The notes beneath the pieces are model-generated. The model saw nothing but the letters and a program-made list of their open reading frames with translations. It was not told where the DNA came from and searched no databases. Both the position numbers and the translations under genes were made by a program. DNA of 64,000 nucleotides from Lama glama (Eukaryota), in assembly GCA_028534125.1 (NCBI GenBank), contig CM052817.1:37078001-37142000 (forward strand), given 5' to 3'. Shown here piece after piece: positions 1 to 12,539 of this stretch; position 1 is the stretch's first letter; every line of letters begins with the position of its first letter.

Positions 1-154
1 GATGTCATGCTCTGTGCTTTTTAAATATTTCATTCACTCAACCAAGTTACAATTATATCCATTTTATAAATGAGGTAATTAAGATCTCAGGAAAGGGTAA
101 GTAATTAACCAGATATCATAGCTAATAAAAAACTTGGAATTTGAACTCATTGGG

Positions 155-291
155 TTTTTTTATTTTAATTTTTTTTTTGGAGGTGAGGTAATTAGGTATT
201 TATTTTTGATGGAGGTACTGGGGATTAAACTCAGGACCTTATGCATGCTAGACACACACTCTACTGCTGAGCTACATCCTCCCTCCCCACC
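155..291 (-). mobile_element. tRNA-derived SINE, camelid Vic-1-like
   Basis: The minus strand reads GGGAGGATGTAGCTCAGCAGTAGAGTGTGTGTCTAGCATGCATAAGGTCCTGAGTTTAATCCCCAGTACCTCC, a tRNA-like head with A/B boxes. It is followed by AAATACCTAATTACCTCA and an A-rich tail. Imperfect TSD AACTCA(T/C)TGG at 144-153 and 293-302. Family name is from memory. Confidence 0.8.
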
Positions 292-327
292 AAACTCACT
301 GGTTTAATAGCTGCACTCTATTGCCTA

Positions 328-850
328 TGTTGGGGCTAAGGGCAGACTATTCCAAAATATGCCACAAAGGCATATCGGTCACTTTGAATTAAAGTTACTT
401 GAGAAACAGCTGGTGTAAGAAGATGCTCCTCTCTGTCCCCTTGAAAGCAGGAAATAAATCTTCCATATGAAAGTTACCCTCCCTGCATCAGGAGAATAGG
501 AGACAGCATCATCACCAAAGTGAGAGAACTTAGGGCCGAGAAAGCCATATAAGCAAACCTTGTTCCTTCTTCATTACCCCAAGCCCAAACTCTGTTTAGA
601 TTCTCCACTAAGTAAACTCCCAAACCTGTTTCCTTGTCATAATTCCTCATAAATTTATTTCTTTGTCTAAAAAGTATAAACGACGCCTGCTTTGGCCACT
701 TCTTGGATTCTATTTTTATGAGACCTCTGTGTGCACGAATTAAATTTAGGGTTTTTTTCCTCCTGTTAATCCATCTTGTGTCAATTTAATTACTAGACAA
801 ATCAAAAGAACTCAAGAAGTATGGTGGGGGGGGGGTCCTCTTCCCGGATA
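328..850 (+). mobile_element. Solo ERV1-type LTR (MER34/MER39-like)
   Basis: Starts TGT and contains CCAAAATATGCC...GGCATAT...TTTGAATTAAAG, as I recall for MER34-group LTRs. It has an AAAAGTATAAA TATA-like box near 670 and a candidate 4-bp TSD CCTA/CTTA. Confidence 0.6.
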
Positions 851-1274
851 CTTACCAACGAGGCATTTAAGTTATCTAACGGTATGAGAGGGAGCTGTTT
901 TGAATGCCTTTGGAGTTGAGTGTTGAGCGGTAGGAAGTGTTATGAATAGTAAAAGTTTTGATCCTTTTGAATTTTCAAAGAGACTTATAAGTGGTTTATC
1001 CTTTCTTCTTTGCCCTAAGAAAGAAGGCAATCTAGCATTGTGATAATGGCCTAGGTTTAAGTTCAACTCTACTACTAATCCTATGATCTCAGGTGATTTG
1101 CTTATTTCTCTTAATCCTTTATTTCCTCATTCATGTGATAGACACTCCAATGAACCTACTGCTCAAGGTTATTGAGAGGACTTAGTATAACATCTGGCCA
1201 TATAAGTACTCAAAACACCATTGAAAAGAACCCCTTATCCTTATCTTTTTTATGCCATTTCAACAGCTGGGAAG

Positions 1275-1641
1275 TGTTAAAAGGTAAATTGAGATAGATT
1301 AAAAATTTTAAGATTTTTTTTTAGCAAAAATTGATCTGAATGTGGCAGCATCCAATCTAGCAGATAGAAAGGAGCTCTGAGTAGCTACACAAAATGAGAG
1401 ACTTTTCTAGGCAGAAAGGAGTGGAACAAGACCAAAAAAAAAAAAAAAAAAGGAGGGGTTGATTATTGCAAAGTTATTTTCCTTTAGGGGTGGCAGGCAG
1501 GTTACCTAACTAGTGCTGCTCAGATGATTCCTGGTTGACTGATTTAAGATTCCATTTCTGGGAGAGCCCGAAGTCTTGGTCTCATGACCTGAGGTTTAGC
1601 ATAAGTGACTCCATTTTGGGCCTGTTGTCTCATTTTTAAAA
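1275..1641 (-). mobile_element. Solo ERV1-type LTR
   Basis: Inverted ends TGTTAAAA...TTTTAAAA (decayed TAACA), candidate 4-bp TSD GAAG/GAGG, and a CCATTTTGG motif near the right end. Orientation is inferred. Confidence 0.55.
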
Positions 1642-2639
1642 GAGGGCAGCATGAAATTAAGATGCCCTATATATAAAACATTTTAAACTCTCCCACTGAA
1701 AGGTGTTTTTAAAAACCACAGATATATAAAATCACATACTTTACCACTGTATCAGGTAAGTAGCTAATCATCACTCATAAACCATTCATGTTATAATTAT
1801 ATTAGTGCTAATTATAACTTACATAGAATTGAGTAATTGATAAACTAATGTTCTTTATGTTGATTTATTTGAATGTCACAAGAATCCTGTAGGATAGTAT
1901 TAGTAACATCCCAATTCAAATTGGGAAACATACTCAGGAAGGTGAAGCTATGGACACTACGAGATTCAGGTATAAATGCTTTCAAACACTGGATTCTTTC
2001 CCTATACCAATGGAACCTTGGTCAACATAGTGAGTCAAAACTATTCAGTTTTTTTAGTAGAATTTTTAAAATAAAAAACAGCAGAGTCAATATCTCAATA
2101 TATATGAAAGTCAGCATAGATGAAAGCAAACATACACACATACACTATGTCACCATGTAAAATGTGATTTCTTCCAGTAGGTATTGGGCAAAATGTTTGA
2201 CAACACTGACCCTGTGTCTAGCTCCACCTATGCTTTTACTTGCTGTGGCAACTTTAAAAAGTCAATCTGTTTTATTTGTTAATAAAATAGGAAGACAAAT
2301 AGGGTTTTTTCCCCTACTTCCTAGCAAGCTTTTTGAAAATCAAGTGAGATTATGTATGTGGAAAAAACTCTGGAAACTGTAAACTTTCTATACAGATGTT
2401 TGGACTGTTATAAACTTGGGTTTGGGAGCTATAAGAAAAAAATTGCAGATGATGTTCAGAATTTTCAGGAACTCCATGGTGGAGTTCTACATTGCAGAAC
2501 TATCACTATCACTTCATCCCCTATAACAGTGTAGGGCTGTTTAAGTAAGAGGGAAAAGTGAGCATGAATTATTTGTGAGCTTCAATTTTTTTGTCATCTT
2601 CCTGCCTCTTAAATATAAAAGGTGAACATTAGTGACCCA

Positions 2640-3141
2640 TGTCAACTGAAGTAAAATTACACAATGTGAGAGTTGTGGACTAAGTTTTATTTGGGGCAAA
2701 ACGAGGACTATAGCCTGGGAGACAGTGTTCCAGAAAGTTCTGAGAAGCTGTTCCAAAGAGGCAGAGGAAAAACTCAGTATTATATATGATTTCAGTGAAG
2801 GGGGTACATGCAATCAAGCACATAGGCAGAGGCTTGCTGCTAGTTATGAGGAGCAGATGTCACCGTTAATGATTTTAGTGCTTTTCTAGATATGAGGAGA
2901 TGCAAGAATTGGGGTCATAAAATCTTCTAAAAATATCTAACTGTCTGAAAGCATGTTCAGCCAGTTTTCCCAAAGCACAGAGTGCCTCATTCCTGATCTC
3001 CATCCTGAACTCCTTTCGCGGTGTGTTGGAGGTCAGTGGCTGCAGCAGCTCATGATTTAATCTAAGCAGAGTCAGATGGCAAGTGCCAATGTGATCCAGT
3101 CCTTGTAGAGGCAGATGGCAAGTGCCAACTTGGAGTTAGCA
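2640..3141 (-). repeat. ERV 3' LTR (502 bp)
   Basis: The minus strand runs TGCTAAC...GTTGACA. AATAAA is at ~2686-2691 and a TATATAAT box at ~2779-2787. It aligns to 10897-11810 (7 mismatches in one 108-bp block counted by eye). Confidence 0.92.
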
Positions 3142-4319
3142 GGGCTCCCTCATGGTCATAAATTCAACCATAGTTTGGGAGGCATTTCATTACCATTTTG
3201 TCCCATGGTGCTAGGAATGCTTATTCCTACATCAGACGAGGATCTCATTGACAGGCCACTTAAGTGCTATTATGGGACTAGGTCTTATTAACAGTGGCAA
3301 AAAGTCTCTGGACCACCTGTCTTACTAATCTGTTATGATCCAGGAAAATATTCCCTCTTGTTGCTTCTTCCCATATCTAAAGTTGCACTATAACAATCAT
3401 TAGGTTTGTACAGAAGCATATATTTGGTCTACTGTTGCCTATTCATTATTCTATCAGAGGCTCAGTCACACATTTGGTAATGCAAGAAACAATTGTATAA
3501 AACAGGCAAAGTATAAATAATATAGTTAGGAGGATTAGCAAGGTCATAAGTAAGAATTTAAGCCAAGAACTTCCATTAGATGCAGCTCAGTGTATCCCCA
3601 GATTATCTGACTTAGTCTGTTCTGTTCCAATCCTTATATTTAAGGAAGATGTTATACAGGCATTGTTCATAAAACACCCAGCCAAATTTCCTACTGTTAT
3701 TAGGTTGGTTATCCTTAGTATAGTTAAATTTTTCCCAACATAAACTTAAAATTTAAACTTAAATGAGCATAGTCTGTTATTTACCATACAAGTCCTTCTC
3801 ATAATTGAGGGAGGTTATACTTTTTGGCTGAAATTTTGCTTGTTGCCTTGAATGAGCTTGCATGATCTTATAAGAAAATTTGTATTTATGGCCAGGCTCA
3901 GAGCAGATATTATTACTTGGCCAGGTGAGGGGATCCTACCTAATAATATCACTAGCAGTCTAAACAGAACTATAATTTCTTTCTTCTAGAATAAATTTTC
4001 TAAGAGCTATCCTGTTAGAGCCTTGGAGTGGAGAAACCCACTAAGGTAACCTAGAAGTACTGGATATGAGTAATTGACCATAAATCTAACAATTGGATTA
4101 ACTTCAACTCTGCGTAAGAGTGTGAAGTACATTTAGCTCATAAGCGAAGGTGTGAGCAATTATCAAAGGATACAGGTATACTGGTATACAGGCCTGGTCT
4201 GGTGTCTTGGGTCAGATGTCATCTTCTTCTCATCCTGGTCTGGTAGCTTCTCCTTTGTTTGAGCATTGTTTTAAGGTGATTTTTAAGGTCAGCAGTCCTC
4301 TCTATAGGCCAGTCCAGTG

Positions 4320-4500
4320 CAGAAGCCCTTTGTAAGTGGGAATATTAATCCAAGAGTCAATTTCCTTCGGGCTGTTGTGCACGAGCTAGTTAGGAATACC
4401 TGACAAAGGTCCTTCCATCTCGACTGGAGATAGTCCATAAATTGTGGGTTTTCCAGCATGCATAATCTCCTTGTTGCAGGTCATGGGGCATTGGCTCTTC
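4320..4500 (-). pseudogene. ERV integrase C-terminal remnant
   Basis: Minus-strand pieces HDLQQGDYACWKTH, DYLQSRWKDLCQVFLT and EIDSWIN resemble the gamma-type IN C-terminus (L.PGD.V..K / PRW.GPY.VLL / GI..WIH). They are frameshifted. Confidence 0.7.
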
Positions 4501-6394
4501 ATTCAAAGACAGGTTTCTGAGATAAGCTTCAGAAACAAACTTAGAGTGTCCTTTTAATAATTCAATTGAATTTACGATAATATAATAAAATAACAAGGAA
4601 CTATATGGGAAGTGATTCTTAGGCTATAAATACAAACTTCCACTAACAAAACTAGAATTTAATATTCACTGAAACAATCTTTTTCTCTCTAAAGTTACCC
4701 TCATTTTTATCAAATGTAGCCAATTCAAGATTAATCTGTCCACAAATTAAGTCTGATTATTTGATCATATAGGCTCTTTTTAATTGATTGTGCCAAACTT
4801 TTCATAAGGAGTCTCAGGTCAAAATTTTAAGATTTCTCCTAAGGCCAGGAAAGCCAGGTCAAGGGCTTGTCACAGATTTTGTCTTACAGATTTAGGTGAA
4901 TTCTTTTCTTTTTGAGGTCCCTGAAATACCTTGAGATTCCTATACCTGTTAGGAGGTGGTCTTCCTAATTTATCTGGTAAGGCCACTGGGAACCTGAGTT
5001 TCCAGTCTGTGGAGGGATCAGATAGAGAGAAAAGTCTGCTTACATAGGTAAAATTTACCAAATTGCTGAGTCATAATTAGCTTAAGCAGAAGGGTTTCTT
5101 TATATCTGGAAAACAGATTAAATGCCAGTAATATTTCCAACAGGAACCATAAAAATTATAACTAATATTCACTGGTTCAATCAGCCCTATGTAACTAACC
5201 ATTTTTATTAACAGTTTTATGAAACCATCAGGTTTCTCATTAGAATTCTTTAATTTCTTAGCCAGTTCAACATTATGGTCTGAAAGTTATCAGAAACCTG
5301 TATTTATCAAAGGAGTCTTTTCTATAAACCTTCTTGAAGAGAAAGCATTTTTCAAAGACATCAGAGTAAACCATAACTATCTATAGAAAAGTAAAAAACA
5401 TAAGGTACAGTTTTGAAACCTTATTATAATGCAACCAACAAAAAACTTAGGTACTGCTGTGACATACAACATTTTAGGATAATAACTAGAATCATGATTG
5501 ATAACATTTTACCAGGATATGCCAATATTTTTAAAAAATCCATTTAATTTCCAGAATGTCTATATTAATAATGATTTTCCTAATATAACCTAAGAAGATT
5601 ACTTATTTGACAATACTTCCCATGTAATTTAACATACCAAATGAACCTAACTAGTTTAATCTCTCTTTTTGGGATGTTTCAGGGTCCCTTTGAAGCATCC
5701 CAAAATTATCCAGAAGTCAAAGAAACTTCATTAAAATTTGATTTGGGAAGTTTGTCAAAAAAATATCAAAAAGATTTTAAAACAGTTGGTCAGATAGGGT
5801 AATAGGTCACTGTGAAACAATACTTATTCCCTTAGCCAAAGTGATAATAAAACATTTCAAAGGCAAATATGGAAAAGTTATAACAGATTTATGATTAAAT
5901 GTAAAAGAAACTTTATGCTCTGTTATCAAAAACAGATCAACATTTTAAGAAAATATTTTCTCTCTTATCAAAGGAAAGAACTAAATTTAAGCTTTGCATC
6001 AGCTTACTTTTAACAACCAAATCCATTTACTTATTTAAATTAAATCCAAATTTAACCAATCCTGATCATGCACAAAGCTCTTTTCTTAGGGTTCTGTTTC
6101 CCACAAACCTTTCATCAATTTCTGTATCTATATTAGTTTGCCCCTTATATATTTTTTCCATCCAGAAACAACCAGCTATATGATAAACCTGCTTTCATTT
6201 TCCCTTAACAAAATGCAATTCCATTCCTGATACCTTCTATGCTGAATCACATATCCTACTTTCCTACTGTATACTGAAATATTTCCCTTATTTTTCCTAG
6301 TAGCTTTAATTAAAATTTTAAAATAGAATCCTCGACTCTTAAAAATCTCAATTTCTAATGAAAATTAAGAACTAAGCAATTATAAATTGTCTTT

Positions 6395-7357
6395 TTTAAC
6401 AATTTTTTATTGAGTTATAGTCATTTTACAATGTTGTGTCAAATTCCAGGGTAGAGCACTATTTTTCAGTTATACATGAACATACATATATTCATTGTCA
6501 CATTTTTTTCTCTGTGAGTTACCACAAGATCTTGTATATATTTCCCTGTGCTATACAGTAAAATCTTGTTTATCTATTCTGCATATGCCTGTTAGTATCT
6601 ACAAATTTTGAAATCCTAGTCTGTCCCTTCCCACCCCCCGCCCCCTTGGCAACCACAAGTTTGTGTTCTATGTCTATGAGTCTGTTTCTCTTTTGTATTT
6701 ATGTTTTTGTTTTTAGATTCCACATATGGGCAATCTCATATGGTATTTTTCCTTCACTTTCTGGCTTACTTCACTTAGAATGACATTCTCCAGGGAGATC
6801 CATGTTGCTGCAAATGGCGTTATGTTGTTGATTTTTATGGCTGAATAGTATTTCATTGTATAAATATACCACCACCTCTTTATCCAGTCATCTGTTGATG
6901 GACATTTAGGCTGTTTCCATGTCTTGGCTGTTGTAAATAGTGCTGCTATGAACATTGGGATGCAGGTGTCTTTTTAAAGTAGGGTTCCTTCTGGATATAT
7001 GCCCAGGAGTGGGATTCCTGGGTCATATGGTAAGTCTATTCCTAGTCTTTTGAGGAATCTCCACACTGTTTTCCACAGTGGCTACACCAAACTGCATTCC
7101 CACCAGCAGTGTAGGAGTGTTCCCCTTTCTCCACAGCCTCTCCAGCATTTGTCATTTGTGGACTTTTGAATGATGGCCATTCTGACTGGTGTGAGGTGAT
7201 ACCTCATTGTAGTTTGGATTTGCATTTCTCTGATAATTAGTGATATTGAGCATTTTTTCATGTGCCTATTGATCATTTGTATTTCTTCCTTGGAGAATTG
7301 CTTGTTTAGGTCTTCTGCTCATTTTTGGATTGGTTTGTTTGTCTTTTTCTTATTATG
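6395..7357 (-). mobile_element. 5'-truncated L1 (ORF2 C-terminus + 3' UTR) inserted in the ERV
   Basis: ORFs 7082-7276 and 6713-6955 encode L1 ORF2 C-terminal sequence ([29 protein letters not shown]). The 3' UTR is nearly the same as that of the L1 at 30255. Degenerate TSD TATAAATTGTCTTT (6381-6394) / TATGAATGGTCTTT (7358-7371). Confidence 0.92.
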
Positions 7358-8399
7358 TATGAATGGTCTTTCACATTAGTATTCTGTAGATTGGCAAATA
7401 AATATCAATTATAATTCCTAAAAAGCCATATGCTTTCTTATAGAAAATATCTCACTTTGGCTCTAAAAATATGTGTTAATAGTTCTAGATACTTTTAGTT
7501 TCTCTGCAAAAGGAAGTCAATATTCAGTAATTAATTTTTCAGTATCTTACTATATTTGGGAATGACCTAGCTATTCAATAAACTTTCATTATTTAAGTTA
7601 ATCTAGCACAACTCTAAAATTTTAAGTTACCAAATATCTGGAGAACTTATCTTTAAGTAGACATTTCTAAAATATATTACTCCTAAAGTATTCATTTAAA
7701 GGCTCTTATTTGCATTCAACTTACTTTAAAATTTTCACCATACCAAATTATTTTCCTTGCTGGCAAATTTGCAACAGATATAATAAGATCTTATTTGACT
7801 TCTATTAAACCTAGGTACAGCAAAGTTATTATACTTAATGTTGATGATTCTACAGACATGTCTATATGAATTAAGTCAGCAAACTTTAATACCAGGTATT
7901 AATTTAATACTGAATATTTCTGAGTTCATGTGAACCTGAAATTCATTCTGGCCAATTTCCTTTTATATTTCTGAGAATTTATATAAGCACTTAATATCCT
8001 TTATGCCAATTAATTAGAGCTCATTTACAAATTAATTTTGATAATACCATCCAAAGGTAAAGGCATATATAATACACATAGACATATATACAGACACAAC
8101 CAGAGATATCATAGTTTCATTTTCTAAACTTGGTCATGAATCAAGTATTACAATATAAAACTCACCTTGTTTTAACAGTTGGAACAAGAGAAATTTAAAA
8201 GACTTCATTTCACTGCCCTTCCCCCTGTTTTTTTCTTTCCTACAATGTAAGGAATTAGAGATGGTCTAGGTAAGATAAATGTTCCTGAAAGCCTGATCTT
8301 AAGGCACAGGGAGAGAAAAGCAAGTTCTCCTAGAAGGATTTGTTCCTTCAGTGTCAGAATTCTGCAAAGATTTTCTAGGTCTGCTTTAGTATCTGGCAG

Positions 8400-9060
8400 A
8401 AATAAGTGGGGCCTTCAATATAGCTCTGTGGCATTACAGTCCACATATATTGCCTCTCATTCCAAGTAAAGGCAAAAAGATACCAGTCACCTGGATGTAT
8501 AGGAATACTTTTAAAAAAGTGCTACAGAGCTCTGTCACAGAAAAGAAGTCACTGTTCTTAGGAATATGGACAGTAAGGTATGGGGGTTTGGCACTACAAA
8601 GTGATGATGCAGAATGTATCCTTCCAATGTTGGTAGAATCAAGTGCCCATAATTCTTTAGGTACTAAGCCTAGCAATTTGTCTTATTCAGTGTCAACCTC
8701 ATCAAGAGTCACAAATATTATATGATGAAGGAAGTCTGACTGGTCCTTCAGACCTAGAAACATTTCTCCCTTAAGAGTAAAGGAAATATGGACTTTATAA
8801 GCTTCCAATAGATCTCTGCCTATCAGATGAATGGGAGCACTTTCTACTACTAAAAAAATTAAAATAAAAATAAATTTTTTAAAGAGCGCCTTCCTTTATG
8901 TTCCCCTAAGTAGAATTCTAAAGGTATGATTTAAAAGCCTTAATAAGTGCATTAGAAACCCCTACCATCTGTTCTGAGGTATTATTCTAAGGGAGAGAGA
9001 CTTTAATTTGGGTAGCGTTCAAAACTGAAAAGGTGGCTTCTGTATCTCTCCAGGATTTCA
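8400..9060 (-). pseudogene. ERV protease and N-terminal reverse transcriptase remnants
   Basis: Protease: DTEATFSVLN (decayed DTGA site, ~9015-9050) and APIHLIGRDLLE (~8800-8840). RT: VPKELWA..NIGRI linker, then FFSVTELCSTF/SIPIHPGDWYLFAFTW and RQYMWTVMPQSYIEGPTYF (~8400-8560). Confidence 0.85.
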
Positions 9061-9214
9061 TTGTTTCCCCTTGTTTAATCATTTCTACTTCTTCCACGGT
9101 GTTAGAGAGGGAAAGAGGAAAGACTCCCCTTTTTACCCCAGAGCAGCCCTATTTTTGTTTAACTCGTAATTCTGGTCTAAAATCCAGTTTTCCTTCTAGG
9201 CTTCTCCTTCTTGA

Positions 9215-10450
9215 CTTAAAATGTATTTTCTGATGCTCTGGTTTTCTGTAGTAAAAGTAAACTGGTTTTCTATATTTGGTTGTGGATTGAATGAGGATCG
9301 GTTAACCTTCAACTGGCATTAAGTACTTAATTGGCACAATTGAAGGTTCATGATTTTTTGTAGGTATCCCCTTTCGTTTGTTTGTAAAGGTCTTAAAAGT
9401 GTAACAAGGGCTTTTGCAGGTAAGGAGGACCAACCTAGCTTGTCTTCTGACTGGAGTAGTCAATTCCTCATCTAAGCCTTCTAAAAAGGCAGTTAATTAA
9501 AGGATCATTTTGGTCATTAGAGAATGATTCAGGTGTCAAGCCAGAATATTCCTTTAAAGTTTTGGGTTTTTTTTAACCTTTCGTAATAGTCTGGAATTGC
9601 TTCATCGGGTCTTTGCTTGCACTGCTGAATCTTTGCCCAGAGTTTTTGGGACAAGCTCTGGGATAAATTCGAGTAATTTTTGAGCTAATTCTTTGCATTC
9701 AGTGTGAGCCTGTGGACTATGTAATTCAAAGTCCAGTAGAGGTCATTTCCAACCTGCTTTCTCTGTCTATTTCTTTGGTTTGCTTTCAGAAGCTAATTGA
9801 TACAGATCTTAAAATACAGGCTTGTAAGTCCAGATGGTTAATTAAAACTCTGTAGCAAATCCCAATGGATCCTTACTTGGAGTGGGAAATTCCTTAGCCA
9901 AAGCTCTAAGTTCTGCTCACGTCCAGGGTGTGTACACAGGCACCAAAGACAGTTCACCTCTCCCTGTAATAGGTTCCTCCTTAAAGAGAACGATAGTCAC
10001 CTCTGATTTTTTAATTCTCTTTTACTGGGGAAGAGAGAACAGCAGGAGGTGGAAGAGACAGAAGAGAAAAAGAGATAGCATCTGGACCAAGCAATTCATA
10101 TAGAAGAGGATACATGGGAGGAGCAGAGGGAGAGACAGTGTCAGTGCTAGCAGCCCTTTTCAGTTCTGATACAGTTTTAAACAATTTCTTGTTGGTTTCC
10201 TGAAAGAGGTTATTTTATCATTTCCTCTTTTAGAAGCTTCTAAATACCAATCAAGTAAGCATTCCATTCAATCTTATGGTTGGCTTTTTCTAACTGTACA
10301 TGCAAAAATATTAGTTATGGAATATCAAAAAGAACCCCAATTTGGCCATTTTAGATTGAGATCTCCTTTAGTATAATTTCCCCAGTTAAGTAGGTACTTG
10401 CAAGTATGAGCTCCGTACATGAATCTGGCTAGTGTGTTAGTCTGAGGTTG
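9215..10450 (-). pseudogene. ERV gag remnant (MA-CA-NC)
   Basis: MA-like LKWPNWGSF (~10330-10357). CA-like VYTPWT*AELRALAKEFPTPSKDPLGF. Major homology region WAKIQQCKQRPDEAIPDYYERL (~9575-9640). Decayed zinc knuckle YFYYRKPEHQK (~9225-9260). Stops and frameshifts are present. Confidence 0.85.
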
Positions 10451-10872
10451 GTTTTCTGATGCCCCTCATTTCTCTGTTTGAAAGACTCTATTTCTCATTT
10501 TAAAGTTGAATTTGTCGGGATAAAATTTCACTTTTATCCCGACAAATTCTATTGAGGTAGTCAAATTGAGGAAAAGCATCAGCTCAGCCTCTTACCTAAC
10601 CACCCAGTCCAGAACCTGGTATGTCTCAACCAGGCCCCATGCAGCACCTTTTTCCTGGGTGGGTATTCCTCCCAGTATCTCTCAACTGGAGGGCCAGGTA
10701 ACTGGATACACTGCCAAATAAAACTCAGGATCGTTAACCAATATGGGAGATCCAAGAACCACAAAAGACTCACCCAAATTTGTCTGGACTCTCTGAGGAA
10801 GCAGATGGGCACAAAGGTACCAAGGCTCCAGTTTCTCATAGAGTTCAGGCAAAGGAGAAAAGTCTGCTCTGG

Positions 10873-10892
10873 ATCCCTTTGTGAATTTGCCA
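10873..10892 (-). promoter_or_regulatory. ERV primer-binding site, tRNA-Arg-like (degenerate)
   Basis: TGGCAAATTCACAAAGGGAT lies 4 nt inside the 5' LTR end. It resembles the tRNA-Arg complement TGGCGACCACGAAGGGAT (recalled). Confidence 0.6.
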
Positions 10893-10896
10893 AAAC

Positions 10897-11810
10897 CGTT
10901 GACTGAAATAAAATCACACAATGTAAGAGTTGTGGGTTAAGTTTTATTTGGTGCAAAATGAGACGTATAGCCTGGGAGACAGCATCCCAGAAAGCTCTGA
11001 GGGATATTATATGTTGTGTGCACAATGTGGTGGCCTGTTGGTGACATGGTAACATGCAGGTTGGTAAAAGAATTTACCAGAGGCTGAGTATAAGAATAGA
11101 AAGGAGTTTATTAGGGTACACTGTCATAGACAATAGTGAGCCACACAGGTGAAGGGTGCCTGCATGAGCACCAAGGGCTGGTTGTTGGGGTGTTTTATAA
11201 GGCCGGGTCACAAGGTGCCTGATCAGCTTGTGCACAAGTCTCTGATTGCTTGCAGGTGAGATAAGAGGTTTAGGGTCCATGAAGGATGGTGGGGTTTGAC
11301 TCTGATGAAGTAGGCTTGAAATAAGCCAACCTGAGCATTACCTAGGGCTGTTAGTTTGTTAGGGGAAACATGCCCAGTAAAGAATGTACTTCATCTGAGA
11401 GCCCAGAAATGAGGATTGTTGGACTTTGAAGGATGTCAGTTGGCCCAACATTATATATGATTTCAGTTAAGGGGGGTACGTGCAGTCAAGCACATAGGCA
11501 GAGGCTTGCTGCTAGTTATAAGGAGCAGATGTCACCATTAATGATTTTAGTGCTTTGCTAGAAATGAGGAGACACAAGAATTGGAGTCATAAAATCTTCT
11601 ACTGAAAATATATATGTGAAGGCCTGTTAAGTCAGTTTTCCCAGAGCACAGAGTGCCCCATTCCTGACCTCCATCCTGAACTTTTAGGGTGTGTTGGAGG
11701 TCAGTGGCTGCAGCAGCTCTGTGATTTAATCCAAGCAGAGTTAGATGGCAAGTACCAATGTGATCCAATCCTTATAAAGGCAGATGGCAAGTACCAACTT
11801 TGAGTTAGCA
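10897..11810 (-). repeat. ERV 5' LTR, interrupted by a nested LTR
   Basis: 10897-11011 and 11451-11810 align with the 3' LTR. There is a ~30-bp deletion next to the insertion point. Confidence 0.9.
11012..11450 (-). mobile_element. Solo LTR of a different family nested in the ERV 5' LTR
   Basis: TGTTG...CAACA inverted ends and a perfect 5-bp TSD TTATA (11007-11011, 11451-11455). Minus-strand TATAAAA (~11193-11199) and AATAAA (11107-11112). Absent from the 3' LTR. Confidence 0.88.
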
Positions 11811-12539
11811 CTCAGATGACAAAAGTCTCTTTCTAAGCACTGTAGTGTCTCAGAAAAAGCCCTAATTCAATTACTGTCAAGAACTGAATTGAAAAAAAAA
11901 ATACATATAAATGACATTTATTAAGGTCTTACTGCACATAAGCCCACAGTTGGGTCTTTTCTTTCAACAATCAGTATCTAGGATTTTTGTTTAAATCACT
12001 CACACACATAGGCTGTGAACACTTACACACATAGGCTACGAAACCAAAAATTACATAGGTAGTCTTTAGGCAAGGTGATTTTCTTTCTACTTTATTATTT
12101 ATTCTGGAGGCAATGATTTATTAACCCAGATAAAGACACAATTACTAAAGTGTAATAGGTGTTTTTTCAGAAGTTCTAATAGATTGACTGAAATAGGTTA
12201 CCTAAACACTGCTCCTTCTTGTGGAAACAATCTCCTTTAACATGATCAGAATTTTCCTGGGACTTGATTATTGCTGTCCTTGAAAGGACAACATTTCCTC
12301 TGTCTTTCAGAAATCATTGTGTAGCTCAAACTAAAGTATGATGGAGTGTCCTTGCTGAGCGGGAGCGGAACAATGGTCCTCCTCCCCAGGTCCTAATTAA
12401 CACAGGAAACTACGTTTGCATCCCTTAACTAGGCAAGGGCAACCATTAAGTTTCAAGGAAGCATCTGGGCTGCAGACACTGTATTAGCCTTGTAACTTTG
12501 AAAGGGATTGATCAAATTTAGCAAAACAAACAGTGTCTA

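Larger units (their letters stand above)
2640..11810 (-). mobile_element. Decayed class I (gamma-like) endogenous retrovirus provirus
   Basis: Two homologous LTRs (2640-3141 and 10897-11810), a 4-bp TSD CCCA/CTCA (2636-2639, 11811-11814), and a PBS. gag-pro-pol remnants lie in the correct order on the minus strand. Confidence 0.92.

Noticed and set aside
215..290. tRNA-like sequence
   Set aside because: It is a degenerate SINE head followed by a SINE body, A-tail and TSD, not a tRNA gene.
3145..4250. Possible intact or exapted env gene
   Set aside because: No ORF of 60 aa or more and no convincing furin site or immunosuppressive motif; at most a decayed remnant.
10579..11055. 158-aa minus-strand ORF similar to ORF 2541-2813
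   Set aside because: It spans the nested LTR, LTR U5, PBS and leader. The similarity only reflects LTR duplication.
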